A stretch of 64,000 nucleotides of DNA from Candidatus Poriferisocius sp. (GTDB taxonomy: Bacteria > Actinomycetota > Acidimicrobiia > Acidimicrobiales > Bin134). The notes under the pieces were generated by a model. The model had not been told where the DNA came from. It made no database searches and saw only the letters and a list, made by a program, of their open reading frames with translations. The stretch spans positions 1,411,323 to 1,475,322 of the forward strand of contig NZ_CBDBOM010000003.1 in assembly GCF_965208355.1 (NCBI RefSeq), in the 5' to 3' direction. The position numbers were made by a program, and so were the translations under genes. Of this stretch, positions 14,614 to 24,034 are shown piece after piece (within the stretch, counting starts at the first letter, position 1; each line of letters starts with the position of its first letter).

Positions 14614-15615
14614 ATGAAGGTGTACTCGGGAATGGCGGCTGAGATCCCGATTTCGCAGGTGGCTGGCTACGCCCAGCGAGTTGAAGGGCTGGGCTACGAC
14701 GGTTTGCGGGTGGCCGAGACGGTCCACGACGGGATGCTGCTGGCCGGTCTGGCCCTAGACCACACCTCCAGCCTGCGGGTGTCCACCGCGGTGGTGGTGG
14801 CCTTTCCCCGCAGCCCGATGATCACCGCCATTGCGGCCTGGGACTTGCAGGCCTTGTCGGGAGGCCGGTTCGGGCTGGGCCTCGGTACCCAGATCAAACA
14901 GAACATCGAGGGCCGGTTCTCGGTGCCGTGGGAGGCGCCCATCAAGCGGATGGAGGAGTACGTCGCTGCGGTGCGGGCCATCTGGCAGGCGTTTGGCGAG
15001 GGTGGGCCGTTGGATTTCCAAGGGGAGCACTACCGGTTCAGCCGGCTCCAGCCCTTCTTCAACCCTGGCCCCATCGACGATCCCGACATCCCGGTGCTGA
15101 TGGGCGGGGTCAATCCCCGCATTTGCGAATTGGCGGGGAGGGTGGCCGACGGGTTTATCACCCATCCCACCAACGCCTCGGCACGATTTGTGGCCGAGCG
15201 GATCAAGCCGGGCTTGGACTCGGCCGGCCGGGAGGTGGAGCTGATCGTCAGCCCACCGTTGATCACGGGACCGGACCAGCGGGCATTGGACCGAGCCCGA
15301 GAGCACCAGCGCCGAAAGCTGGGGTTCTTGTACTCCACCCCGGCCTACGGTCCGAGCCTGGAGCTGTATGGCTGGGACGACGTGGGTGATCGCCTCCGGG
15401 CTTTGGCTCGGTCGGGACGCTGGGACGACATGGCCGAGGTGATAACCGACGACATGTTGGATGCCCTGGTGCCCCAGGGCACCTACGACGAGATAGCCGG
15501 TGTGCTGTTGGCTGCGTACGGAGGGCTAACCAGCTCCATCGGCATCAATCCGCCCGACGATCCGGCTGAGGACGGGGCAGTGGCCGAGATCATCCGAGCC
15601 TTGCAAGCCGGGTAG
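14614..15615 (+). CDS. LLM-class (luciferase-like) oxidoreductase, probably F420-dependent
   Basis: GYAQRVEGLGYDGLRVAETVHD...GGRFGLGLGTQIKQNIEGRF...MEEYVAAVRAIW follows the luciferase-like monooxygenase pattern. The cofactor assignment is inferred. Confidence 0.7.
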   Translation: MKVYSGMAAEIPISQVAGYAQRVEGLGYDGLRVAETVHDGMLLAGLALDHTSSLRVSTAVVVAFPRSPMITAIAAWDLQALSGGRFGLGLGTQIKQNIEGRFSVPWEAPIKRMEEYVAAVRAIWQAFGEGGPLDFQGEHYRFSRLQPFFNPGPIDDPDIPVLMGGVNPRICELAGRVADGFITHPTNASARFVAERIKPGLDSAGREVELIVSPPLITGPDQRALDRAREHQRRKLGFLYSTPAYGPSLELYGWDDVGDRLRALARSGRWDDMAEVITDDMLDALVPQGTYDEIAGVLLAAYGGLTSSIGINPPDDPAEDGAVAEIIRALQAG

Positions 15616-15632
15616 CGGGTAGGTTGCCGCCA

Positions 15633-16262
15633 ATGGAGAACGGGGGGTCGCTGGAGGAGCGGCTGGAGCGGCTGGAGTCCATAGAGGAGATCCGGGGTCT
15701 GGCCGCCCGCTACTGCCTGGCGCTGGACATGCGGGCCACCGATGCCTGGGTCAGCCTCTTTCCCGCTGATGTGCGGGTGGGGAAGGGTCGTTCCGGGCGG
15801 GACGCGCTGGCCGAGTGGTTCCGCGAGACGATGGGTGCCCAATTCACCGGCACGGCCCATGTGACCGGCAACCACATCATCGAATTCGACGGACCCGACC
15901 GGGCTCGAGGGGTGGTGTATTCCCGCAACGAGCACGAGACCGGCGACGAGTGGGTGATCATGACCATGATGTACTGGGACGACTACGAGCGCATCGACGG
16001 ACGGTGGTACTTCCGGCGGCGCCTGCCCCTGTATTGGTACGCCACCGACTTGAACTCCCCGCCGATCGGGGAAAACAAGATGCGCTGGCCCGACGAGGAG
16101 CCCTACGAGGGGGCGTGGCACGAGTTCTGGCCCACCTATCAGGAGTTTTGGGAGACCCGCTTGGACGAGTCCGCCGATGTGGCCGAGCCGGCGCCGGTGG
16201 GGGAGTTCTTAACCTGGCTGCGCGATGGCGCCGAGGAACTGCCCAGCGTGCGGGTGCGCTGA
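15633..16262 (+). CDS. NTF2 / SnoaL-like family protein
   Basis: ATG 15633 lies 9 nt after GGGTAGG (ORF-track TTG 15624 is possible). LERLESIEEIRGLAARYCLALDMRATDAWVSLF... is typical of SnoaL_4-type proteins. Confidence 0.55.
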   Translation: MENGGSLEERLERLESIEEIRGLAARYCLALDMRATDAWVSLFPADVRVGKGRSGRDALAEWFRETMGAQFTGTAHVTGNHIIEFDGPDRARGVVYSRNEHETGDEWVIMTMMYWDDYERIDGRWYFRRRLPLYWYATDLNSPPIGENKMRWPDEEPYEGAWHEFWPTYQEFWETRLDESADVAEPAPVGEFLTWLRDGAEELPSVRVR

Positions 16263-16263
16263 C

Positions 16264-17223
16264 GTGCGGGCTGCCTTCCACGAGTCCCAGGGCGGGCTAG
16301 AGGTGCTGCGGGTGGGGGAGCTGCCCGATCCCGAGCCCGGCCCACATGACGTGCTGATCCAGGTCAAGGCCACATCGATGGATCGGGTGGACGTGTATTG
16401 GCGGGAGGGGTCGCATGGCATGAAATTGCGCTGGCCCCAGCACGTGGGCGGACGGGACATCGCCGGGGTTGTGGAGGCGGTCGGCGAGCAGGTGACGGCG
16501 GTGGCGGCAGGCGACCGGGTGGTGGCATCAGGGGAGCGGACCCACGCCACGCTGGCGCTGGCGCCCGCGGAGCTGACGTTTCCGTTGCCCGACGGAATTA
16601 GCTTTGAGGCCGGAGGGGCCACTCCCACTGCGGGCCGCTCAGCCCATCAGGCCCTCATCGAGAAGGCTCAGATCCAGTCGGGTGAGACCGTGCTGGTGAT
16701 GGCCGCCGGATCAGGGGTGGGCAGCTTCGGAATTCAGATTGCCCGGGCCATGGGCTGTCGGGTCATCGCCACCGCGGGTTCCGCCGACAAACGGGCTCAG
16801 GCGGTGGCATTGGGGGCCGAGCTGGCCATCGATCACTACGCCGACGACATCGTTACCGCGGCGCGAGAGGACACCGACGGCAGAGGTGTGGACGTGGTGC
16901 TCGACCATGTGGGCACTCCGGTGTTCGCCGCCGCGGTGCGGTCGCTGGCGCCCGAGGGCCGATTCGTGACCTGTGGAGTCACCGCCGGGCACATGGGGGA
17001 GTTGCATTTGGGCCAGCTGTTCGTGAAGGGCATCACCCTCATGGGGGTGGGGCGCCCTGACAACGAGCGGATCGCCGCCACCATGAGGGGTTTGCTGGCC
17101 ATGATCTCCCAAGGCCAGGTCACGCCGGTGATCGCCGCGTCGTTCAGCTTGGATGAGATTGCCCAGGCCCACCAGCTCATGGAGAGCTCGGACTTCTTCG
17201 GCAAGATCGTTCTCGTTCCCTAG
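16264..17223 (+). CDS. medium-chain dehydrogenase/reductase (quinone oxidoreductase / Zn-ADH family)
   Basis: GTG 16264 lies directly after the upstream TGA. GPHDVLIQVKATSMDRVD...GETVLVMAAGSGVGSFGIQIARAMG (Rossmann fold)...FGKIVLVP. Confidence 0.8.
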   Translation: MRAAFHESQGGLEVLRVGELPDPEPGPHDVLIQVKATSMDRVDVYWREGSHGMKLRWPQHVGGRDIAGVVEAVGEQVTAVAAGDRVVASGERTHATLALAPAELTFPLPDGISFEAGGATPTAGRSAHQALIEKAQIQSGETVLVMAAGSGVGSFGIQIARAMGCRVIATAGSADKRAQAVALGAELAIDHYADDIVTAAREDTDGRGVDVVLDHVGTPVFAAAVRSLAPEGRFVTCGVTAGHMGELHLGQLFVKGITLMGVGRPDNERIAATMRGLLAMISQGQVTPVIAASFSLDEIAQAHQLMESSDFFGKIVLVP

Positions 17224-17236
17224 TAGAGAGAGGCTT

Positions 17237-17659
17237 ATGCGCTCATTCGAGTTCCCTATCGAGGCGGGCCACATCCAGGAGTTCAAGCGGTCGGTGGGCG
17301 ATCACGACGCGGCGTTCGATCCCGACGCGGCAGCCCCGCCCACGTTCATGGTGGCCGCCGACCGCTATGACCCCGACTACGACCGTCGATTGCGATCCGA
17401 CCGTGAGTGGCCCCCCGTGGCCCCCGAGACGGGCTCCGGATTCCACGCTGGGATGGTGTTCGAATACCACCGCCATCCCCGGGCCGGCGAGGTGCTCACC
17501 GCCACGGTGGCCGATGGCGAGGAGTGGACCAAGCAGGGCCGCCGGGGCGGCGACTTGCGGTTTCGGGAAATCGTCACCACCTTCACTGATGCCGACGGGC
17601 AGCCGTGCGTCACCGCTCGGTGGATCAACGTGCGAGCGGCCAACGAGGTGCGGGAGTGA
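17237..17659 (+). CDS. MaoC-like hydratase, non-catalytic partner subunit (HadA/ChsH1-like)
   Basis: ATG 17237 follows AGAGAGAGG. Hot-dog-fold N-terminal type (FEFPIEAGHIQEFKRSVGD) without the hydratase-2 motif. The stop overlaps the next start (GTGA at 17656..17659). Confidence 0.6.
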   Translation: MRSFEFPIEAGHIQEFKRSVGDHDAAFDPDAAAPPTFMVAADRYDPDYDRRLRSDREWPPVAPETGSGFHAGMVFEYHRHPRAGEVLTATVADGEEWTKQGRRGGDLRFREIVTTFTDADGQPCVTARWINVRAANEVRE

Positions 17660-18054
17660 AGCCCGAGGTCGGTGCTCAACACCGACAGGTAGTTGCCGAG
17701 GGGCTGACCCGCACGCAGTTGGTGGCGTACGCCGGAGCCTCCGGCGACTTCCATCCCTTCCACCACGACGAGACCTACGCCACTGCCCATGGTTTCGACC
17801 GGATCTTCGCCCACGGGATGCTCACTATGGGCATCACCGGACAGGCGCTAGTAGAGGTGTTCGGCCCTGAGGGGCTGGACCGCTACGCCGCGGATTTTCT
17901 AAAGCCGGTGTGGCCGGGGGACACCCTCACCGCCGAACTGAAGGTGACCGCAGCCCATGCCGACGGCAGCGTGGAGGTGGACATATCCACCGTCGATCAG
18001 CACGGCACTCAGGTGCTGAGGGGCACTGCTGCTGGGAGGCTGGCCGGGAAGTAA
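17656..18054 (+). CDS. MaoC-domain (R)-specific hydratase, catalytic subunit (HadB-like)
   Basis: In-frame GTG 17656. Hydratase-2-like motif YAGASGDFHPFHHDETYA, then FAHGMLTMG. Confidence 0.75.
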   Translation: MKPEVGAQHRQVVAEGLTRTQLVAYAGASGDFHPFHHDETYATAHGFDRIFAHGMLTMGITGQALVEVFGPEGLDRYAADFLKPVWPGDTLTAELKVTAAHADGSVEVDISTVDQHGTQVLRGTAAGRLAGK

Positions 18055-18060
18055 GCGGGA

Positions 18061-18771
18061 TCAGGCCAACAGCTCTTTGAGCCTCTCTACCGGGTTGCCG
18101 GAGGTGACCAGAGCCTCGCCTACCAGGGCAGCGTCATAGCCGGCGTCTCGCACCGCGGCCATGGTCGTGCCGCCGGGAACGGCGATGCCCGACTCGGCCA
18201 CTTTCACCACATGGTCGGGCAACAGCGGCGCCAACCGCACCGCCCGTTGGTAGTCCATGGTGAACGTCTGGCTCTTGGGCTTCTCACGCTGGTTGACGCC
18301 GATCACGTCGGCCCCGGCTTCAAGGGCTACCTCTAGCTCGCTCTCCGACTTCACCTCGGTGAGCACATCCATGCCCAGCGACAAGGCCAGCGCATGCAGC
18401 TCGGCCAGCTGGGCACCGGTGAGGTCGGCCACGATCAGCAGCAGCGCATCGGCCCCCATGTCGTGGGATTCGTGTACGTCGTCGATGGTTGTGATGAAGT
18501 CTTTCCGCAGAACGGGCAAGCCCGAGGCCTTGGCTGCGGCGGCCAAGTCGTCGCCGCTGCCGCCGAACATGGCTTCATTGGTGAGCACCGACAGGCAGGC
18601 CGCCCCGCCGTCGCGATAGGCCGCGGCCATCTCAGCGGGGTCGAGGTTGGCGTTGAGGTTGCCCCGTGATGGGGACCGACGCTTGATCTCGGCGATGACG
18701 GCTAGGTCGTCGCCCGCCAAAAGGGACTGCTTGAAGCGCCCGGCCCGGCTGGCCCGCTCATCGGATCCCAT
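18061..18771 (-). CDS. trpC: indole-3-glycerol phosphate synthase
   Basis: VIAEIKRRSPSRG, LRKDF, LLLIV, LTEVKSE, GVNQRE, ESGI and LVGEALV match IGPS catalytic motifs. ATG 18771 is the only canonical start, and it gives a short N-terminus. The 328-aa ORF-track form overlaps the upstream gene. Confidence 0.8.
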   Translation of the reverse strand: MGSDERASRAGRFKQSLLAGDDLAVIAEIKRRSPSRGNLNANLDPAEMAAAYRDGGAACLSVLTNEAMFGGSGDDLAAAAKASGLPVLRKDFITTIDDVHESHDMGADALLLIVADLTGAQLAELHALALSLGMDVLTEVKSESELEVALEAGADVIGVNQREKPKSQTFTMDYQRAVRLAPLLPDHVVKVAESGIAVPGGTTMAAVRDAGYDAALVGEALVTSGNPVERLKELLA

Positions 18772-18823
18772 GCGTCGGATGATACGGGGGAGTTCCGTCC
18801 CCGGAGAAAGCAGAAACGGGCGG

Positions 18824-19708
18824 CTAGGTGACTGCGGGCATGACTTCGGCGGCGAATAGCTCGAGCGTCTCTGGAGTGGCGAAGTCGGAGAACTGGAGCA
18901 CGAACTGCTCGGCGCCCATCTCCCGGTCAGCTTGCAGGCCCTCTGCGACCTCATCTGGGGTTCCCGCAACGAGGGCCCAATCGCCAAACCGGCGCTGGGC
19001 GGTGGCCACAACTTCTTCGCGGGCCACCGACGACGGGGCCAGGCCAATGGCCCGCTGCACCGACAGGCGGGCGTTGCCGGCCATGGGGATCAATTCGTCG
19101 AGCTCGTGCATTCCATACACCGGGCAGTTCCACCAGTCGGCGAAGTCCCTCACCAGCGGCATGGTGAGTTTGCGACCCGCTCCGCCGATCACAATCGGGA
19201 TATGCCCGTTCACCGGGGTGGGCTGCTGTTGGGCGTTCTCCATCTGGAAGAACCGACCCTGGTGGTTCACCGGCTCGCCGGTGAGCAGAGCCTGCACTAC
19301 TTCCAAGGTCTCCCGCAGGCGGGCGGCCCGCACTGCGGGCGGCTCATCGCCGAGTCCAAAACGCTCCATCTCGTCGGGAACCGAACCCCAGCCAATGCCC
19401 AGGTCGAAGCGCCCGCCGCTGAAATGGTCGAGACTCACGATCATCTTGGCCAACAGCGCCGGATGGCGGAACTGACCGCACAGAACCATGTGGCCGATGC
19501 GCACCTGCTCGGTCCATGCGGCTACCGCAGTCGCCATCACGAAGGCGTCGTACATCGGGGCCGCGGGCAGCATGGGCGGGTTGAGATGATCCATCAGGTC
19601 GATCTTGTGAAACCCACTGGCCTCCGCCGCCCGCACCCGCTCCTCAATGGTGCCCATGTCCATCCGCATCTGAGGCATGAACACGCTGAACTGCGGTGGG
19701 CTGGTCAT
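18824..19708 (-). CDS. LLM-class (luciferase-like) flavin/F420-dependent oxidoreductase
   Basis: FSVFMPQ...AEASGFHKIDLMDHL...SLDHFSGGRFDLGIGWG follows the luciferase-like pattern. Confidence 0.7.
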   Translation of the reverse strand: MTSPPQFSVFMPQMRMDMGTIEERVRAAEASGFHKIDLMDHLNPPMLPAAPMYDAFVMATAVAAWTEQVRIGHMVLCGQFRHPALLAKMIVSLDHFSGGRFDLGIGWGSVPDEMERFGLGDEPPAVRAARLRETLEVVQALLTGEPVNHQGRFFQMENAQQQPTPVNGHIPIVIGGAGRKLTMPLVRDFADWWNCPVYGMHELDELIPMAGNARLSVQRAIGLAPSSVAREEVVATAQRRFGDWALVAGTPDEVAEGLQADREMGAEQFVLQFSDFATPETLELFAAEVMPAVT

Positions 19709-19709
19709 C

Positions 19710-20489
19710 TCAGGATCCTTTGCCCAGGCCGCGGCGTTGCATGTCGTCGGTGTCCACGGTCCAGTTGCGCATGGCCACTTCTTCTAGGTCTTTGGCCTCG
19801 GAGAAGCTCAAACCGTCGGTGTCGTCGTAGATCCGCATGGTGGCCGCGGTGGCGGGGGTGGTGGCGGCCACGATTTGGGCGGCGAGAACCCGAGCATGGG
19901 GTAGCAGCTCGTCATGGGGGACCACGTGGTTGACCAGTCCGATGCGCAGGGCTTCTTCGGCGTAGACGAAGCGGGCGGTGGCGGTCATTTCCTTGGCCAT
20001 GCGCTTGCCCACCGCTCGGGGCAATAGCGCGGTCATGCCCCAGGCGGCGATCACCCCGATCTTGGCGTGGGTGTCGGCGAATCGGGCTAACTCAGAGGCC
20101 ACGATGAAGTCGCAGCTCAGGGCGATCTCCAAGCCGCCGGTGACGCAGGTTCCGTTCACCGCGCCAATCAGTGGCTTGGCGGTGTCCCGACAGGCCTGGG
20201 CCGGGTCCTCAGCCTGGCGTTTATTCCCGCCAGGGGACTCCGTGACGCCGTCAGCGGCCACCTCCCGGAGGTCGACGCCGCCGGTGAACACTGGGTCGGC
20301 CCCGGTCAAGATGATGGCGTCGACCCCGTCATCGGCGTCGCAAGCCCGCAGCGCAGCGCACAAGTCGTTGCGCATCCGCTTGGTCATGGCATTGCGGGCC
20401 TCGGGCCGGTTCAAAGTGATGGTGGCAATGCGATCACTGACTTCGATGAGCAGGCGCTGGTCTTCGGGGGTAATGGCTTTTTCGGCCAT
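19710..20489 (-). CDS. enoyl-CoA hydratase/isomerase (crotonase family)
   Basis: Internal ATG 20489: MAEKAITPEDQRLLIEVSDRIATITLNRPEARNAM...ILTGADPVFTGGVDL. The 418-aa ORF-track extension is Arg/Pro/Gly junk overlapping aroC. Confidence 0.85.
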   Translation of the reverse strand: MAEKAITPEDQRLLIEVSDRIATITLNRPEARNAMTKRMRNDLCAALRACDADDGVDAIILTGADPVFTGGVDLREVAADGVTESPGGNKRQAEDPAQACRDTAKPLIGAVNGTCVTGGLEIALSCDFIVASELARFADTHAKIGVIAAWGMTALLPRAVGKRMAKEMTATARFVYAEEALRIGLVNHVVPHDELLPHARVLAAQIVAATTPATAATMRIYDDTDGLSFSEAKDLEEVAMRNWTVDTDDMQRRGLGKGS

Positions 20490-20500
20490 GTGTTCGACTG

Positions 20501-21598
20501 TCAGCCTTCGCAGTCGACCACGTCCACGGACTGCTGGCGCAGCCAGTGATCGGCCAGCACCAATAGCACCTGGGCCTCCACCATGGGCACTGCCCGGGGC
20601 AGTACGCATGGATCGTGGCGGCCTCGGGCGGCCAGGGTGACCGGGTTGTTGTCGCGGTCCACCGTCTCCTGGGCCGACGCGATGGTGGCTGTGGGCTTGA
20701 ATCCCACTCGGATCACGATATCCTCGCCGTTGCTGATGCCACCCTGCACGCCGCCGGATCGGTTGGTGGCGGTGCGGGGCTGGCCATCGGGGCCAGGGGT
20801 GAAAGAATCGTTGTGCTCCCGGCCGGTCATGGTCACTCCGGCGAAGCCTGAGCCGATCTCGAACCCCTTGGCCGCGGGCAATGACAGGGCGGCCTTGGCC
20901 AAATCGGCATCCAGCTTGTCGAACACCGGCTCGCCCAGGCCGGGGGGCACCCTTCGGGCCACGCATTCGACAATCCCGCCCAGGGAGTTGCCGTCGCGGC
21001 GAGCCGCCTCGATGGCCTCGGTCATGGCCTCCGCATGCTCAGGAGACGGGCAGCGAGTGGCGTCGGCCTCCACATCAGCCAAGGTCACCGCCGCGAGGTC
21101 GACATCAGCAGTGATGGTGCCCACCTGGCAGACCCAGGCCAACACTTCGATGTTGGCCGCAGTGGACAAGAGCTGGCGGGCGATGGCGCCGGCTGCCACG
21201 CGGCCGATGGTCTCTCGGGCGCTGGCCCGCCCGCCGCCCTGCCAGTTGCGGATGCCGTACTTGGCCTCGGTGGTGTAGTCGGCGTGGGAGGGGCGGTACA
21301 TGTCCTTGAAGTCTTCGTAGGCGTTGGGCCGGGCATCGGTGTTGCCCACCAGCATGGCGATGGGCGACCCCAGCGTTCGGCCCTCGAACAACCCCGAGAG
21401 GATCGTCACTTTGTCGGCCTCGTCCCGCAAGGTGGTGAGCCGGCTCTGTCCAGGGCGCCTCCGGTCGAGGTCGTGCTGGATCATCTCCTCGTCTAGCGGC
21501 AGCCGAGGCGGGCAGCCGTCCACCACCGCGCCGATGCCGCCGCCATGGGACTCCCCAAACGTCGTGACCCGGAACAACTGCCCCGTCGAACTGCTCAT
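20501..21598 (-). CDS. aroC: chorismate synthase
   Basis: [25 protein letters not shown]...[14 protein letters not shown]...GRHDPCV are textbook AroC motifs. Confidence 0.95.
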   Translation of the reverse strand: MSSSTGQLFRVTTFGESHGGGIGAVVDGCPPRLPLDEEMIQHDLDRRRPGQSRLTTLRDEADKVTILSGLFEGRTLGSPIAMLVGNTDARPNAYEDFKDMYRPSHADYTTEAKYGIRNWQGGGRASARETIGRVAAGAIARQLLSTAANIEVLAWVCQVGTITADVDLAAVTLADVEADATRCPSPEHAEAMTEAIEAARRDGNSLGGIVECVARRVPPGLGEPVFDKLDADLAKAALSLPAAKGFEIGSGFAGVTMTGREHNDSFTPGPDGQPRTATNRSGGVQGGISNGEDIVIRVGFKPTATIASAQETVDRDNNPVTLAARGRHDPCVLPRAVPMVEAQVLLVLADHWLRQQSVDVVDCEG

Positions 21599-21703
21599 TG
21601 CCCCTCAACACTACAGACCGGGCTGTGTCGATCTGGGGGTCATATTGGCCCGCCGATAGTGGCGGTCATGCGTTGATCAGCGCTCCTGTGGCAGTGTCGG
21701 GAC

Positions 21704-22486
21704 ATGGATTTGGGACTATCGGGCAAGGTTGCACTGGTTACGGGGAGCTATCGGGGGACGGGGAGTGGGATCGCCCGGGTGCTGGTCGAGGAAGGCGCTG
21801 AGGTGGTGGTTCATGGCTTTGAAGAGGGGCAGGCCGACTGGTTGGCCGATGAGCTGGGATCACCGGTCCGGGCGGTGTGGGGGGACATTTGCACTGATGA
21901 GGGGGCGGAGGCGGTGGCCGAACAGTGCGGCCCGGTCGACATCTTGGTCAACAACTACGGGGTAGCCGTGGGCGGCACCTGGGGGGACGACGGTACCGAC
22001 GTGTGGGTCGACGCCTACAACCGCAACGTGCTCAGCGCAGTGCGGATGACCCGTCTGATGGTTCCCGCCATGGTGGAGCGGGATTGGGGGCGGATCGTGC
22101 TGGTTTCCACCGTGGGAGCGACCCGCCCCGGGGATCGGATACCGGGCTACTACGCGGCCAAGGGCGCTCTTCCGGCAATGACGGTGAGCCTGGCCCGGGA
22201 ATTGGCCGGCACCGGCGTGACGGTGAACTGCGTGAGCCCCGGGGCCATCGCCACTCCGGAACTGGTGGAGATGTGGACCCGCCAGGCGGAGCGGGAGGGC
22301 CGCTCCACCGATTGGGACGACATCGAGCGCCACGTCACCACGGTGCAGATGCCCACGCTGACCGGGCGCATCGCCACCGTGTCTGACGTGGGAGAGCTGG
22401 TGGCCTTCGTGTGCAGCGAAAGGGCCCGCCAGATCCACGGCGCCCATCTTCGGATCGACGGAGGCGCGGCCGACGTGGTGACATGA
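21704..22486 (+). CDS. SDR-family oxidoreductase
   Basis: KVALVTGSYRGTGSGIA (TGxxxGxG), NNYG, YYAAKGAL (YxxxK). Confidence 0.85.
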   Translation: MDLGLSGKVALVTGSYRGTGSGIARVLVEEGAEVVVHGFEEGQADWLADELGSPVRAVWGDICTDEGAEAVAEQCGPVDILVNNYGVAVGGTWGDDGTDVWVDAYNRNVLSAVRMTRLMVPAMVERDWGRIVLVSTVGATRPGDRIPGYYAAKGALPAMTVSLARELAGTGVTVNCVSPGAIATPELVEMWTRQAEREGRSTDWDDIERHVTTVQMPTLTGRIATVSDVGELVAFVCSERARQIHGAHLRIDGGAADVVT

Positions 22487-22516
22487 TCCGCTGACATAGA
22501 ACTAGGCTGCCCGGCG

Positions 22517-24034
22517 ATGCCGACCCTGTACGATGTTGTTCGAGACTTCAGCAACACCTGGCCCGACAAGCTGGCCGTGCTCACCGAGCAGGACGGCCAC
22601 CGCACCTACCAGGAACTGGTCGCCCACAGCGGGGCGCTGGCCCACCAATTCCACACTCGCTTCGGTCTTGGTCTGGGCGATCGGGCCTGCCTCTTGATGC
22701 AGAACCGCCCCGAGTACTTGGAGTGCCTGTTGGGAATGCAGGCCATCGGCATGGCGAGCGTTCCCCTAAACCCAGAGTGGACCGATACGGAACTGGAGTT
22801 TGTGCTCAACCACTCCCGGTGCCGGGTGGTTTTCACCGAGGCCGAGCGGGCTGAAAGGGCGGTGGCTCTGGCCGCGGGAATCGACTCGGTGGAGGCGGTG
22901 GTGAGCGTGGATGAGCCGGTAGACGGTGCCGTTTTTCTAGGAGAACTCATCGCTGAGGCCCCTGAGGGCGCCGGACTCGGGCTGTCTTCTGTAGAGGGAT
23001 TTGTAGAGGGCCAAGTGATGTACACATCGGGGACGACCACCGGCCGGCCCAAGGGAGTGCCCGCGCGCGCTGAACTTTCTGCTGGGGGAGTGATTCCCTA
23101 CGAGGAGATGTTCGGTCTGACCCACACCGACCGCTCGCTGGTGGTGACCCCGTTGTTCCATGGCAATGCGATGGGCGGGGCCATTTCGGCACTAAGCCGG
23201 GGGGCCAGCGTGGTCATGCCCCGAAAGTTCTCGGCGTCAAGATTTTGGTCACTGGTCGACCTGTACCGCCCGACCTACTTCCTCACCCTGGTGCCCATCA
23301 TCAACATTTTGATGGCCCAGCCCCCGGGTCCCCATGAGAAGTCACACTCGCTGAGGGTGATGATTCCGCTGGGCTGTGCGCCGATCATCGAGCAAGTCGA
23401 GGAGCGCTACGGGGTTCCGTGCATGGACTGGTACGGCATGACCGAGGCCGGGATGGGCACCTATACCCGGCTAGACGAGCCCCGCCGGCCTGGCTCGGTG
23501 GGCAAGCCGTTCGAGGGGTCGGAGCTGCGGATCTTCTTGCCCGATGGCTCAGAGGCGCCGACAGGAGAGACCGGGGAGATCTGCTTTCTCCAGTCCGCAA
23601 TTGGGTTCAACGGCTACATCGAAGACCCGGAGGCCACCGAGGCGGCCACGTCGGATGACAGGTTCCACACCGGCGACCTGGGCTATGTGGACGACGAGGG
23701 GTACCTCTACTTCGTGGACCGCCAGAAGGACATCGTGCGCCGGGGCGGGGTGAACCTGTCCACCATTGAGGTGGAGTCTGCGCTGCGCACCCATCCCGCA
23801 ATAGGCGACATCGCCGTGGTGGCCCGCCCCGACCCGGTGCTGGGCGAGACAGTGGCCGCCTTCATCGTGGTGGCCGACGGCTGCGATCTCCCCTCCGAAG
23901 ACGACCTGCGGTCTCACACCGAGGGAACCCTGGCCCCCTACAAAGTGCCCACCACCATTCAGTCCATCGACGAACTCCCCCGCACCGGCAACGGCAAAGT
24001 CGAGAAGTTCCGCCTCCGCCAGCAGTTTGCCTAA
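22517..24034 (+). CDS. AMP-dependent acyl-CoA synthetase/ligase
   Basis: AMP-binding motif MYTSGTTTGRPKGV, plus GMTE, FHTGDLGYVDDEGYLYFVDRQKDIV and GNGKVEK. Confidence 0.85.
   Translation: MPTLYDVVRDFSNTWPDKLAVLTEQDGHRTYQELVAHSGALAHQFHTRFGLGLGDRACLLMQNRPEYLECLLGMQAIGMASVPLNPEWTDTELEFVLNHSRCRVVFTEAERAERAVALAAGIDSVEAVVSVDEPVDGAVFLGELIAEAPEGAGLGLSSVEGFVEGQVMYTSGTTTGRPKGVPARAELSAGGVIPYEEMFGLTHTDRSLVVTPLFHGNAMGGAISALSRGASVVMPRKFSASRFWSLVDLYRPTYFLTLVPIINILMAQPPGPHEKSHSLRVMIPLGCAPIIEQVEERYGVPCMDWYGMTEAGMGTYTRLDEPRRPGSVGKPFEGSELRIFLPDGSEAPTGETGEICFLQSAIGFNGYIEDPEATEAATSDDRFHTGDLGYVDDEGYLYFVDRQKDIVRRGGVNLSTIEVESALRTHPAIGDIAVVARPDPVLGETVAAFIVVADGCDLPSEDDLRSHTEGTLAPYKVPTTIQSIDELPRTGNGKVEKFRLRQQFA

Noticed and set aside
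19710-20966. Long N-terminal extensions in the ORF track: 19710..20966 (418 aa), 31445..33001 (518 aa), 18061..19047 (328 aa), 46702..48063 (453 aa), 1467..2123, 2667..3131, 17153..17659, 49068..50300 and 61918..63111.
   Set aside because: The extensions are low-complexity, overlap neighbouring well-supported genes, and precede internal starts. Those internal starts coincide with the family N-terminus, an RBS, or an ATGA/GTGA coupling site.
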